A stretch of 64,000 nucleotides of DNA from a virus. Both the position numbers and the translations under genes were made by a program. The DNA is taken from the IMG/VR virus record IMGVR_UViG_3300050343_000212; one strand, written 5' to 3'. The notes under the pieces are model-generated. The model searched no databases and was not told where the DNA came from. It was given only the letters and a program-made list of their open reading frames with translations. Positions 16,691-27,166 of this stretch are shown here, piece after piece (position 1 is the stretch's first letter; the number at the start of each line of letters is the position of its first letter).

Positions 16691-17710
16691 TTAGTTGAAC
16701 AACCATGTATCTCTGACATCAGAGGATCCACCCCCGCCGCCACCGATATTGATCACTCCACCCATACTAGGGTGAGCAGTACATTGATAGTACAGTGTAT
16801 TTGGTGCATCAAATTGAACGTTCCATTCTAAAGTTCCATTCGATACATCATTATTGGTAATTCCATCATTATATTGTGTACCAGTGGCACCGTTGGCCTC
16901 GGATTGGATTCTAAATGCATGAGCACCCATATTATTAACAAATTGATACTTCATACCTCTTTGGAGGTAGACAGTTGGATCATCCTCTGCTCCAATCAGT
17001 CCAGGTCCAGTAAAGGTGTAGTGATTTGATCCATTAGCACCTAAAATCCATTTGCCAGATACAACATCTGATGTATCACCATCAAACGAAGTAGCAGTAA
17101 TCATACCAACTGCATTAATACCACCAGCAAGAACTTTAATTCCAGATCTAGCAGTAATAAGTCCAACAGAGTCAACATTGGTAACATCTTCATATGTTAA
17201 TGTACCCCCAACTGATACACTACCAGAGAATGAACCAGTTGTTGCATTTACAGCAGCAAATGTCGATACACCAGTGACCTCAAAGTCATTCTGAATCTTT
17301 ACCTTACTGGTAGTTGTTACACCAGTGTTGTTATCGTAGTTTGTCCAGGTACCAGCAGCACCTGCACTACCTCCACTTCCACCATAAAATGTACCTGTAA
17401 CTACAAGATCACCATTAATAATCTGTGAAGAAGCAGCACCTACAATGGCATCAGCCACACTGAAGGTATCAAATATCTTAAATGATACTTCATCATTTAA
17501 ATTAGATGGTGCAGTTAAAACAACTTTTGATGCATCAGCGGCTTGGAAATCAGTTTGAGGTGTTAGTTTAACACCATTCCTGAAAACATCAATCTGGTTA
17601 ATTCGATAACCACCAACAACAGTGAACTCGGTCTGGTTTGCCGTTGCAGTTACACTAATCGTCTTTGAGGCTACATTGCCAGTTAGATTTATAGGTCTGC
17701 CGATTGCCAT
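16691..17710 (-). CDS. tail-fibre protein
   Basis: ATANQTEF...IDVFRNGVKL N-domain; TYEDVTNVDSVG; C-terminal FDAPNTLYYQCTAHPSMGG cupredoxin-like module; ends DVRDTWLFN. Confidence 0.8.
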   Translation of the reverse strand: MAIGRPINLTGNVASKTISVTATANQTEFTVVGGYRINQIDVFRNGVKLTPQTDFQAADASKVVLTAPSNLNDEVSFKIFDTFSVADAIVGAASSQIINGDLVVTGTFYGGSGGSAGAAGTWTNYDNNTGVTTTSKVKIQNDFEVTGVSTFAAVNATTGSFSGSVSVGGTLTYEDVTNVDSVGLITARSGIKVLAGGINAVGMITATSFDGDTSDVVSGKWILGANGSNHYTFTGPGLIGAEDDPTVYLQRGMKYQFVNNMGAHAFRIQSEANGATGTQYNDGITNNDVSNGTLEWNVQFDAPNTLYYQCTAHPSMGGVINIGGGGGGSSDVRDTWLFN

Positions 17711-17734
17711 GGCGATATCTTTTTAGTTATTTAG
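17709..17734 (-). repeat. 26-nt late-promoter leader identical to 19868..19893
   Basis: CTAAATAACTAAAAAGATATCGCCAT in both places. Confidence 0.9.
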
Positions 17735-18328
17735 CATCTGTTTCATGTAGTTATCTTCGGTTTTTCTAATATCTTCTGGATAAAACTCACCGAAGAATAC
17801 AAAGTTGATTATAAATCTTGCTTTGGTGTTTGTTGGTGTGGTCCCTGTGTGGTTCCAATGTCCTGGGAATACTACCAATCTATTCTCAACACAATCTACT
17901 TTTTTCTTTGTAAGTTTCTTAGGGTCAATGACCTCAGTATAACCATCACTATCATTCATGTAGAATATACCAGAGTAGTAATCATGTTTCCTATCTAGTT
18001 CTGGTTGATCTGTATGATGACCAAGGTAATATGGTTCTTTTTCTGATGGGAACGTAACATTTACTTTCGCCCTATATGTCCAGGGCATAATATCAAGGAA
18101 TGGACACAAGAATTTAGTGTGTGATGATATAAAATAGGGTGTCTTGATTAGTTCACACACCATCTGAGTATCAAATATTTTCTTCTCTAATTCTTCACGC
18201 TCACCTCTAGATGATAGATTAACTTTCCAATCTATCATCTGAGACCACATAAACACATCTTTTAAATGGTTTAGATACTGATCAGATAAAAAATTATCAT
18301 ATACCTGCAACCCCTTCACTTTTGACAT
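17723..18328 (-). CDS. 2OG-Fe(II) oxygenase
   Basis: HTD, GIFYMNDSDGYT, NRLVVFPG..HTGTTPT, RFIINF. Confidence 0.85.
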   Translation of the reverse strand: MSKVKGLQVYDNFLSDQYLNHLKDVFMWSQMIDWKVNLSSRGEREELEKKIFDTQMVCELIKTPYFISSHTKFLCPFLDIMPWTYRAKVNVTFPSEKEPYYLGHHTDQPELDRKHDYYSGIFYMNDSDGYTEVIDPKKLTKKKVDCVENRLVVFPGHWNHTGTTPTNTKARFIINFVFFGEFYPEDIRKTEDNYMKQMLNN

Positions 18329-18349
18329 AATACCTCACTAATAATATAA

Positions 18350-18566
18350 TTATACCATAACCGGTTCGTCTGGTAACGTAACTTTGTCAACATTCTCCGA
18401 TGTGACACCATTAGTAATATTACGAAGAGCTTCTCTATAAGTTCTGATGAGTTCTAGGTAAATTGGATCAAATCTATCCTTATTATCGAATAGAAATACA
18501 TAATCCGTAGATGCAAGACGAGTATTTTCTTGCTGTTCTGAGATCTGATAGGGATGAATAAGCCAT
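18350..18566 (-). CDS. tail-fibre assembly chaperone (one +1 frameshift)
   Basis: Reconstructed MAYSSLSDLRTAR-NTRLASTDY...YREALRNIT...LPDEP; paralog of 19890..20141. Confidence 0.8.
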
Positions 18567-18572
18567 TTATTT

Positions 18573-19864
18573 TTATGATGATAGGTCGTAGGTGAAAGGC
18601 CAGGGGTATGTCGCGACAAGCGTTTTCCCCTGTCCTCTACATCGAATGAAACAGATGTGAGTAGGTGTGGTATCAGAATCACTTGCCCAAACAGGCCAAC
18701 CTCTACAATAACTAGAGTTTAATGAATAGAAACCAGATTTAGTGTTTGATGTTGGTCCCCATTCAAGTGTAGTTAGTTCTCCGGTTGATGGGTTGATCTC
18801 CATCAATAGCATATTTTCATTAGTAGATACCCAAGAACTACTATTCATACCAACTACAAATCTATTATTACCCAATCCAAATCCACTAGTTTGAGAGGTG
18901 TACCCATATGGCCAGCTATATGACAAAGCAGTCTTACTTGAGTAACTAGTGAATTTTTGGGTACCATATTTATTACTATACAGTATAACACTACCATCAT
19001 CCATCTGGAATCCCATCATATTACTATCTAAACCGCTAATACCAGTATTGTGTTCATAATTATTACCATTAGCGGAACAAACCCTAAGCTGGCCGATACC
19101 AGAACCATTTTGATAGTTACATAAATCAACCATCTGACTACCATTTACAGTAGCAGCTGGATTTGCAATCATACAAACTCCATAACTAGTGGATGTATTA
19201 GAACTTGGATTGTTATTGCCACCAACACTCCAACTGCTACCATTGAAGTAACTTTGTCTCCAATATGCCTTATTGCCATCATCTTGATTATATCCAGTAC
19301 TAACTATATAACCTGTTGTTCCGTTTTTACCACCAGTTGGTATCGATTGGTCCCACTGGTTATATGCATGGTCCGCATTGGTTACGGAGTATGAAGCATT
19401 AGAAAGGGCACCACTACTATTGACATAACCATATCCATATCCAAATTTGTATGTACTATGGCCAGGGAAACCAATATTTCCACCATAGAAGAAAGCACCT
19501 GTTCCTTCTGGACTAGTCCAGTGAGTTGTACTCCATCCTGTATACGAACTATTTGACCATGCGTTGGATTCGCTGCCCAGTGTCGAAATGGCACCCGTTG
19601 TTGTATCTACTTGAAATGGAATAACTCGTAATCTTACTGTATTCGATTGATTATTTTTCTCCACGAAGAGCAACAAATTTATTGTTCTTCATTCCTCCAC
19701 CAGCTCTCATCTGGAAGTCATAGGTTGAAGAGGAGGTCCATCCAGATGATTGAAACACTTTATAATCTGATTGAGCTGGCCATTCATCTGAACCGCCGCC
19801 TCCGCCGCCTCCGCCACCACCACCGGCTGCTGTAAAACCCCCTAATATCTGATAGTTTTGTCAT
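18573..19864 (-). CDS. receptor-binding protein B (two +1 frameshifts)
   Basis: Reconstructed start MTKLSDIRGF-polyGly; extra G near 19840 and extra A near 19655; paralog of 20154..21536. Confidence 0.75.
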
Positions 19865-19889
19865 TTGATGGCGATATCTTTTTAGTTAT

Positions 19890-20141
19890 TTAGTATGGAA
19901 ACACTAATGATGGTAACTCGACATCTTCTACAAAAGTTAAAGATGTACCCTCGGACTCTGACTTTGTGTCAGTTACCCCCACTGTAATATCACGAAGTTG
20001 TTGTCTATAAAGTTTGATAGCAGTATCTGATACTTCTCTAAACTCTGGGTTAATTGGTGAATCAGGCAATACCCAAAAGTCACTATCTTTTAATGCGGCA
20101 TCTCTTGCTGCTCTTAAATCTGAAAGATTACTATAAGCCAT
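19890..20141 (-). CDS. tail-fibre assembly chaperone
   Basis: LRAARDAALKDSDFWVLPDSP...YRQQLRDIT typical of phage tail assembly chaperones. Confidence 0.85.
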   Translation of the reverse strand: MAYSNLSDLRAARDAALKDSDFWVLPDSPINPEFREVSDTAIKLYRQQLRDITVGVTDTKSESEGTSLTFVEDVELPSLVFPY

Positions 20142-20153
20142 TGGTTTCTCCTA

Positions 20154-21536
20154 TTAACTGTATACGAGTTGATTAATTATATTTGTCATATCATACGATT
20201 TTACATAAATCTTATTGTCAGCGTCGCTCGCTCCCATCCAGACCAGTTTCTTCTGACCATAACCAGGACCATTACTATTCTCATTTCCAAATGTAAACAT
20301 TTGAGAAGAGTAGTTAATTGTACCCACTGAAAAACTTGAAAATAATCCAGTTTTATACTGGTACTGGTTGTCATAACCAATTAATTTAGAGACTTCTAAA
20401 ATATTTGATGAAGTTACTACACAAGTGTTGGGGTCAAATTTAAATTTCATAAATTTACCACCTGGATAGTGTTGTAACCACTCATCTTGTCCTATATTCC
20501 AACAGAATGTAACTGCTTTATACGATCCAGCTCTAGCCAATGATAGTACTGATTGAGATCCATCAGTTAACGCTGTGAAAGTTCCACTAGTATCAATTTT
20601 GTAAACTGTACCAGCATCCCAAAATACCACGTTACCACTAGAAAGGTGGAAAAAATATCTAGTTTCTTGTAGACCCATTGAAGATCTTGCATTGGTCCAA
20701 CTACCACTGGTTCTTACTTTACCATATAAACCTTCACTTACAGATAAAAAGTTACTATAATATGGTTGTGTGTAATTTGGATCCCACTGCCAAAAACCAT
20801 TTACTCCATAATTGGTAGATGTAGTAGAAGTAGTAAAAGCTTGATATTGAGTATTGGTCATGCTCAAAGAACTAGAACTATAACTGAATTTGAATTCACA
20901 AGGAGCAGCCTTACTGTTACTGCCCGCATATACAGTGAGGTTCTGATTGACTGCCCCACCAATTCTACGTTCATTTGGTGCTACATAATTGATATTAGAA
21001 CTATTTCCTTGTGGATAAAAAGTATTGTTTGAAGCTCTGGATGAACTTGAAGAACCACTAGTATTGTATATTAGTACAGCATCATAACCATAGTTGTGAC
21101 CAGTGCTACCACTGTTTGGGAGATTGCCAGAATAACAATATCTTCCAGTCCATTCATCAGAACATCTACTGAATGTAGAATAATCACTTTGCTGTGATGT
21201 TTGATATACGTTAGTTATATTTTCTCTAGTAATGGCACCAGTTGTTTGATTCACAGAGAACAGTACAAATGTATGAGCAGCATTTCCACTTCCATATGTG
21301 CCACTATTTTTCGTCATCATATTCATTCCAAAATATGCTTTGGTAGATGTGTCAAGACCTCTAATTCTAACAGCTTGAGCATAAGCATCAAGGTTTGTTA
21401 TCTGTAAGTTATAACCACCATCTTGAAGATTGGTGCTATAACTATCAAGAACAGGGCTTGCTCCAGTATATCCGCTACCACCACCACCTGATGATCCAGA
21501 AGCACCAAATCCTCTAATTTCTGATAGTTTTGTCAT
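20154..21536 (-). CDS. receptor-binding protein A
   Basis: MTKLSEIRGFGASGSSGGGG; S/T/N/Y-rich beta protein followed by its chaperone. Confidence 0.75.
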   Translation of the reverse strand: MTKLSEIRGFGASGSSGGGGSGYTGASPVLDSYSTNLQDGGYNLQITNLDAYAQAVRIRGLDTSTKAYFGMNMMTKNSGTYGSGNAAHTFVLFSVNQTTGAITRENITNVYQTSQQSDYSTFSRCSDEWTGRYCYSGNLPNSGSTGHNYGYDAVLIYNTSGSSSSSRASNNTFYPQGNSSNINYVAPNERRIGGAVNQNLTVYAGSNSKAAPCEFKFSYSSSSLSMTNTQYQAFTTSTTSTNYGVNGFWQWDPNYTQPYYSNFLSVSEGLYGKVRTSGSWTNARSSMGLQETRYFFHLSSGNVVFWDAGTVYKIDTSGTFTALTDGSQSVLSLARAGSYKAVTFCWNIGQDEWLQHYPGGKFMKFKFDPNTCVVTSSNILEVSKLIGYDNQYQYKTGLFSSFSVGTINYSSQMFTFGNENSNGPGYGQKKLVWMGASDADNKIYVKSYDMTNIINQLVYS

Positions 21537-22093
21537 TTAATCATCCACCCTGTTGAAGAAATGCCTGTATACGTTAAAGTAGCGGTTGCGTACTGCACAT
21601 CTGCTTCCAAAGATGTTAAAGCACCTTGAATAACCGTTGCTGGTCCGGTAGCTGAGTCGTTTGGTACAATAAATAAACTATTTGTATTAAATGTACCAGA
21701 GGCATCACTTATTCTTACATAATCGCCTATATTAACTGGATGTGGAAGATGTGCTGTAATAACACCAGCAGAGGTATTACTAAAATAATATCGATTAGCC
21801 TTAGTAGTCGTTACAAGACCATCAGCGTCTGGAGAAGTAATTGGAATAAAAGAAATTCCTAGACCAATGGGATCATTATCAACATCCTCTAACCGAATAC
21901 CAGTACTAGTTGATTTGATTAATGATGTAGTGCCACCACCGACAACTTTAACTTCATCAGTAGTTACACTATCCGCAGCAATGTCAACCACTCCAACAAT
22001 ATTATTGCCAGTTAAATCTAAATTGTCTGCGTTTGCAAGTTCTTGAATTTGATTGGAACTTGAATTGGCAATGAGTGGAAATCTATTAGCCAT
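21533..22093 (-). CDS. fibre linker with C-terminal docking domain
   Basis: MANRFPL...; ANRYYFSNTSAGVITAHLP...GDYVRISDASGTF.TN.L...TYTGISSTGWMIK. Confidence 0.75.
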   Translation of the reverse strand: MANRFPLIANSSSNQIQELANADNLDLTGNNIVGVVDIAADSVTTDEVKVVGGGTTSLIKSTSTGIRLEDVDNDPIGLGISFIPITSPDADGLVTTTKANRYYFSNTSAGVITAHLPHPVNIGDYVRISDASGTFNTNSLFIVPNDSATGPATVIQGALTSLEADVQYATATLTYTGISSTGWMIK

Positions 22094-22122
22094 TTTGAAT
22101 TAAACTCCTATGTTGATATTTA

Positions 22123-22608
22123 TCAAATATTGATGGGAACATTTCCACCAGCTCTATTGGAAACATTGAAAGTTTCTCCAGAAATGCCAAAAGTGACTGC
22201 AACTCCCGTTCTTACTCCAATTGTGAAAACAGCTCCACCACTACCTCCACCACCACCAAGATCTTTACCATAATCAGTAATATTAAGCGTAGAAATACCG
22301 GTAATGTTATGCCCATTACCGGTAATATAGTTGCCGGTTATTGTTCCAGATGCTGTAAGTGATCCAGTTGTAAGTATTCCAGCTGTAAGTGTCCCAGTAG
22401 CTGTAATTGTTCCAGCTGTAACTGTCCCTGGAACATCTAGATCAGTTGGGGCAAAATTGGCAACCTCTAGTGTAGTGGAGGTTAACTCTCCTCCACAGTC
22501 TAATGTTGATTTTGGCATTGTGCTAGCAATACCAACTCTACTATTCGCTACATCTATTGTAAATGTACCTGGACTAGCTAAACTAGCAAGTTCTCTGGCT
22601 CTGCTCAT
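22123..22608 (-). CDS. short fibre protein
   Basis: MSRARELASL, RVGIAST.PKSTLD, TAG/TAT repeats. Confidence 0.75.
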   Translation of the reverse strand: MSRARELASLASPGTFTIDVANSRVGIASTMPKSTLDCGGELTSTTLEVANFAPTDLDVPGTVTAGTITATGTLTAGILTTGSLTASGTITGNYITGNGHNITGISTLNITDYGKDLGGGGGSGGAVFTIGVRTGVAVTFGISGETFNVSNRAGGNVPINI

Positions 22609-22632
22609 CGCACTGCTATTTTTAGTTATTTA

Positions 22633-23250
22633 TCAACCAAACACATCAAGGTTAAATGAAGCACTGATTCTTTCTGAATCTGTTTGTTTTGTTGCAACAT
22701 AGTGATTTAAATGAGAAGGAAACAATAAAATCTCTCCTTCTTTTGGTTCATGCACATAACCTATTGACGGAAAATGTGTTGGCTCACAATCTTTATCTTT
22801 AATATAGATGATAGATGACAATGATCCAGCATGACTGTGAACAGGATTGTCATCACCCTTGTATGTGAAATTCAACCAACAGTCATATCCATCATAGTGA
22901 CCAGAGTAGTTACGAAGTTGAACCGCACGAGATCTAAAATCTTTAAATGTTTCGTTAGATGGATAAATAGATCTTAAATAAATCTGACCAAAGTGGAGAA
23001 TATATCCATAGAAAAATGAATGATCAATCATTGATCTTGGGACAGCTATCTGATATGAGTTATGATCAGTTCCGCCATTACGATGATTAAGGAGTTCAGC
23101 ATATGGATCATCCTTAATCTTCCTCATTGGTTCAATCCACAACTTGACTTCATCAAAGATTTTATCAGGTAGTTGTGTTTTGAATATAAGATTGGGTGTT
23201 TCACCAATCAGAGTAATATCGTCAAAGATTTCGTCAATAGTTTTCATCAT
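22633..23250 (-). CDS. 2OG-Fe(II) oxygenase (TIGR02466-like)
   Basis: WLNF...NPVHSH..LSSIIY...EGEILLFPSHLNHYV...ERISASFN. Confidence 0.85.
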   Translation of the reverse strand: MMKTIDEIFDDITLIGETPNLIFKTQLPDKIFDEVKLWIEPMRKIKDDPYAELLNHRNGGTDHNSYQIAVPRSMIDHSFFYGYILHFGQIYLRSIYPSNETFKDFRSRAVQLRNYSGHYDGYDCWLNFTYKGDDNPVHSHAGSLSSIIYIKDKDCEPTHFPSIGYVHEPKEGEILLFPSHLNHYVATKQTDSERISASFNLDVFG

Positions 23251-24014
23251 TCTTTAGCCATATCATTTGCACAGTGTGATCTCTCTCCATCTGATAAAAC
23301 ATAATGGAAGAACACTTGGTGGTAGAAAGTGTCATCTTTATGACCCAACTTACGAATAAGGTAATCACCGGTATGTCGTGATACTAAAGGTTCTCTCCAG
23401 TGTGGTCTCTCACATCCTTTGTAAATCATACCATCACCAGGATTCAGACATACTGATCTCTTCTCACCTGATTCAACAATTTCACCCCTATTCTTTGGTT
23501 CGGAATATGTATCAGGTGTCTTGATCCACAGAGGCCAACATTCTTCTAGATTGGTATTGATGTGAACACTTACAGAAATCTCACAAGCTGGTCTATCCGC
23601 ATGTAAAGAAAGACCCTGTCCTGCAAAATAGAAACGATCATAGTAGTAAGTATTATATAATTTTCTACCAATTACTTTCTCAAGTTTCTGACGAATACCT
23701 ATGTGAATGTGACGATATTGTGGACGAGTGTAACAAGCTAATGATCCTTCTACTTGACCTTCCAAAGGATCAAAACTAAATTGATCTTCTTTCTTACCCC
23801 AATAGTTCATTTGTCCCCTCATCTCTGGAACAGGAACAATTAATTCCTCTGGATCCCACAGATCTTTAACTACAATATATCCATCTTTGTCAAACTGTTC
23901 ATTCCTTGTCCAGGATGATCCAGTATGAACCCTCTCTTGGAACTGAAGTTGTTCCAATGTCATATGTTCTGCCATATCTACCTCACTTCCAACGAGGTCC
24001 GACAGTCCATCCAA
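23247..24014 (-). CDS. 2OG-Fe(II) oxygenase
   Basis: LHADRPACEISVSVH...LNPGDGMIYKGCERPHWRE...YHQVFFHY. Confidence 0.85.
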   Translation of the reverse strand: MDGLSDLVGSEVDMAEHMTLEQLQFQERVHTGSSWTRNEQFDKDGYIVVKDLWDPEELIVPVPEMRGQMNYWGKKEDQFSFDPLEGQVEGSLACYTRPQYRHIHIGIRQKLEKVIGRKLYNTYYYDRFYFAGQGLSLHADRPACEISVSVHINTNLEECWPLWIKTPDTYSEPKNRGEIVESGEKRSVCLNPGDGMIYKGCERPHWREPLVSRHTGDYLIRKLGHKDDTFYHQVFFHYVLSDGERSHCANDMAKE

Positions 24015-24603
24015 CGATAGACTTACGAAGACCAGATTTTACAGGAAGAACCCTATGCATCGTTCTTGAATCAAAGAGAATAACAGTTCCCCTTTTCCTT
24101 GGAGCAAAGTAATTATTACCAGCTTCATCTAACATTTGAAGATTCCCACCCTCATAATCATCAGGATCTGATAGTTGCAGGACAAAAGAAAGCTTCCTTA
24201 CAAGTTCAGTATTCTCATTTACAAAGTCTTGTGCAAGTCCTTCCGTTCTATTACCAACCGTTGCTGGTTTATATGCTCCAGCAATACCAGCATCATTATG
24301 CCAACTATAGAATTGACCAACATCATACTGAGTGTATTGCATTGATTCACCATCAATACACCTCAGATCATATAAGAAGTTTTCTCTATTTGCTCTAGAA
24401 ATATAATGCCACATAAACCCACCTAACCAATGATTGGTGGGAACCCATGCGTTTTTGGAGTTTCTTTTTTCTTTGTTCAGTGCGTCTCCCATGAGGCGAG
24501 AATCTCCCATCTGAGGATCAAATGTCTCAGTTAGGTCTTTCTCGATCAGGTCAACCACTTCTTCAGGTATATCCGTATAATACCATACTGATTGAAATGC
24601 CAT
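23983..24603 (-). CDS. 2OG-Fe(II) oxygenase (PKHD/prolyl-hydroxylase-like)
   Basis: QYTQY..GQFYSWHND...RKLSFVLQLSDP.DYEGG.L...FDSRTMHRV.PV..G.RKSIVGW. Confidence 0.9.
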   Translation of the reverse strand: MAFQSVWYYTDIPEEVVDLIEKDLTETFDPQMGDSRLMGDALNKEKRNSKNAWVPTNHWLGGFMWHYISRANRENFLYDLRCIDGESMQYTQYDVGQFYSWHNDAGIAGAYKPATVGNRTEGLAQDFVNENTELVRKLSFVLQLSDPDDYEGGNLQMLDEAGNNYFAPRKRGTVILFDSRTMHRVLPVKSGLRKSIVGWTVGPRWK

Positions 24604-24627
24604 CTATTCAATAATGTATTCAGGTGT

Positions 24628-24656
24628 ATTATATATCATCAATTATAGAAGGTCAA
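24628..24656 (-). promoter_or_regulatory. sigma70 promoter driving the three-oxygenase cluster
   Basis: TTGACC-N17-TATAAT; the -35 overlaps the upstream stop codon. Confidence 0.8.
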
Positions 24657-25396
24657 TCCGTAACTGTAATTGTAACTGATGATGTGTATCCAACAACTCC
24701 ACTTTCTTGTGGAGCGAATGCAATTCTATACTCACCAGAATGAGATGTGTCAGTGAGAATTCCAGTGTTAATTGTTGCACTTAACGATAAATCTTCACTT
24801 TCGATTGTACCCAAATAATCCAAATAAATCCAAGTTGGATTATTACCATCAATATCTACTACTAATCTCTGCATTGCTGCTTCCATTTTATCTTTAGAAA
24901 CAGTAGCAGATGCACTAACATCTACTGAAGATCCTACAGAAACACTTACAGTTGTGGGAGAAGGTTGTGTATTGATAGTGACAAGTTGTGGAGTGAATAG
25001 AAACCACCCAGTTGAAGAATCTTTCTGATGTTCAGTTTCATTCCAGTAGTAAAAATATCCTAACTCGCGGTCTTCATCAGTGATTGATGGTTCATCATTT
25101 CCATTTGGTGGTTGCCAAAATGCATTAGAGTCCAAAACCCAAGAAGGAAAGGGAGAAGGATCATGAAAAGCATCATGTGTAGAACTGTATACCATTCCTG
25201 TTGAAGGAAACGCTCTTCTGATTTTCATCGAATAAGAACATTGTTTCCAATTAGTGTCGGATCCGTAGAGAGTCTTACAGAATGCAACACCAATATCTTC
25301 ACTCTCTACACCATTTCCGTCACTGGTGTTTTTATTTGAAACAACAATAACGCGCTGAACAATATTGTTGTCATCTAATTCAGCAAAATGAGCCAT
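24653..25396 (-). CDS. MAHFAEL-family protein with C-terminal Ig-like segment
   Basis: MAHFAELDDNNIVQRVIVV...WKQCSY...DAF.DPSPFPSWVLD...WQPP. Confidence 0.75.
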   Translation of the reverse strand: MAHFAELDDNNIVQRVIVVSNKNTSDGNGVESEDIGVAFCKTLYGSDTNWKQCSYSMKIRRAFPSTGMVYSSTHDAFHDPSPFPSWVLDSNAFWQPPNGNDEPSITDEDRELGYFYYWNETEHQKDSSTGWFLFTPQLVTINTQPSPTTVSVSVGSSVDVSASATVSKDKMEAAMQRLVVDIDGNNPTWIYLDYLGTIESEDLSLSATINTGILTDTSHSGEYRIAFAPQESGVVGYTSSVTITVTD

Positions 25397-25426
25397 TTTA
25401 AACTTAACCTCTTTGTGTAATATTTA

Positions 25427-27151
25427 TTATGCACCAGGGTGTGCGTATCTGATCATCATAACTCCAGATCCACCTGGAACACCATACCATTGGCCAGGAC
25501 CTGGTGTTTGAAGATCTCCAGTAGGACCACCAGGTGTATATCCACCACCACCGCCTCCACCTGTATTTTCAAAACCAGCTTGCGCCATAAATGTTGGATT
25601 AGGATTTGGAGGATTTGTTTGATAAGCTCCATCACCACCTCCACCATTACCACCTCTTGCGGAATTGTTCGGTGTCCAGTACTGATTTGGACCCTGTGGC
25701 CAACTGGCACTAGCGTCAGCATAGACTGCAGGGCCACCACCACCTCCAACTACACCTCCTGGGCCCATCTCATTAGTAAGTGTGAGTGGTACTGACATGA
25801 GTGCCAGTTGAGTTCCAGGAAATTCAGGATTAGGTTTACCACTTCCACCACCGCCACCGGCCTTGTGGTTGGGATTTGGTCCAGCTGGACCTTGGGGAGG
25901 ACTGTTAGTTACAGTACCACCGGATCCACCAGCACCACCGCCACCTCCTCCCATATAGGTAGATCCACCCCACCTAGGACTGGGATTAACTGATGTAGTT
26001 CCACCAGGATAACCTTGTTGATTTGGTGACGGATATGAAACTCCTTGTCCAGCAAAAATACCAGCAAAGTTTCCAGAATTAGGATTAGGACTAGTTGCAT
26101 ACCCTGGATTATAAGATGGAGGCGACCATGGACTCGAAACACCATATGTGCCACCACCACCTGATCCACCAGGTTGTCCGGCTTGATGATATGTTGGTGT
26201 AGATTGATTCTGTTGAGAGGGTCGCTGGTAACTTGGTGACGGATAACCAAACTCTCTGCCAAGGCCACCACGACCACCACCGTAAGCAACAATTGTACCT
26301 ACTGGAGTAGGTCCGAATGATGAATTCTGACCTGGTGATGCTTGCACTGGCCATGTACCGGGAGTGTTAGGCGGACTTGTTGGCGGAGCAGTTGTTCCAC
26401 CTGGATTATTAAACGTTCCAGGACCACCAGCTCCAATAGTAACAGTATAGCTACCTGCAGGTAAATTGTTTGAGTTATAGTTCTTGATATACCCACCAGC
26501 TCCTCCTCCACCACCGGAGTAATAGGTACCACCGCCACCACCGCCACCACCTATTATAAAGTAAGCAAAGTCATCTGCAGCTGTACTGGGTCCACTAAAT
26601 GTAGCAATACCCGAAGAGGTAAAGACGTGATATTTGTGATATCCAGTTGGTGATGTAGGTGATACAATTACTTGTTCATAGTCACCACCTTGAACATCAA
26701 AGACTGTTACACCAGTTCTAAATGTATATCCATCTTGAGCGGCAAGGGGATCATTGTAAGTGCCCGCGATACCAGCACCTGGGAATGAGATATGGTAATT
26801 GGTGAAAAATTCAAAGTTTCCAGCTGATGTATCAAGTTGGAGAACATTACTTGCAATAGTAACACCCACACCTGCAGTACCACCATTAGTGATTGCAAAT
26901 GATTCATAAACAGAACTATCAGATGATTTTATAATCTGAATAGTACCAGTTCCGTAAAACTTTATAGGTTGGTCAAATGTAAACTGAAACTGACTAGTCG
27001 ATACCTGAACATCTGTTGACAGTGCAAGTGGACTATATTGTACGATCTTAGGTGCAAACCTAAGACCATCTGCATTTCCACTAACACCATCGACAAATTC
27101 AACGGTACCACCACTAAGGCTTCTTACTCTATTAACTCTTAAATCTGACAT
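25427..27151 (-). CDS. Gly/Pro-rich tip protein 2 with Ig-like (Big_5-type) domain
   Basis: MSDLRVNRV; FTFDQPI..GTGTIQI; GGGGG motifs; ends GGSGVMMIRYAHPGA. Confidence 0.8.
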   Translation of the reverse strand: MSDLRVNRVRSLSGGTVEFVDGVSGNADGLRFAPKIVQYSPLALSTDVQVSTSQFQFTFDQPIKFYGTGTIQIIKSSDSSVYESFAITNGGTAGVGVTIASNVLQLDTSAGNFEFFTNYHISFPGAGIAGTYNDPLAAQDGYTFRTGVTVFDVQGGDYEQVIVSPTSPTGYHKYHVFTSSGIATFSGPSTAADDFAYFIIGGGGGGGGTYYSGGGGGAGGYIKNYNSNNLPAGSYTVTIGAGGPGTFNNPGGTTAPPTSPPNTPGTWPVQASPGQNSSFGPTPVGTIVAYGGGRGGLGREFGYPSPSYQRPSQQNQSTPTYHQAGQPGGSGGGGTYGVSSPWSPPSYNPGYATSPNPNSGNFAGIFAGQGVSYPSPNQQGYPGGTTSVNPSPRWGGSTYMGGGGGGAGGSGGTVTNSPPQGPAGPNPNHKAGGGGGSGKPNPEFPGTQLALMSVPLTLTNEMGPGGVVGGGGGPAVYADASASWPQGPNQYWTPNNSARGGNGGGGDGAYQTNPPNPNPTFMAQAGFENTGGGGGGGYTPGGPTGDLQTPGPGQWYGVPGGSGVMMIRYAHPGA

Positions 27152-27166
27152 TTTGGTACCTCCTTA

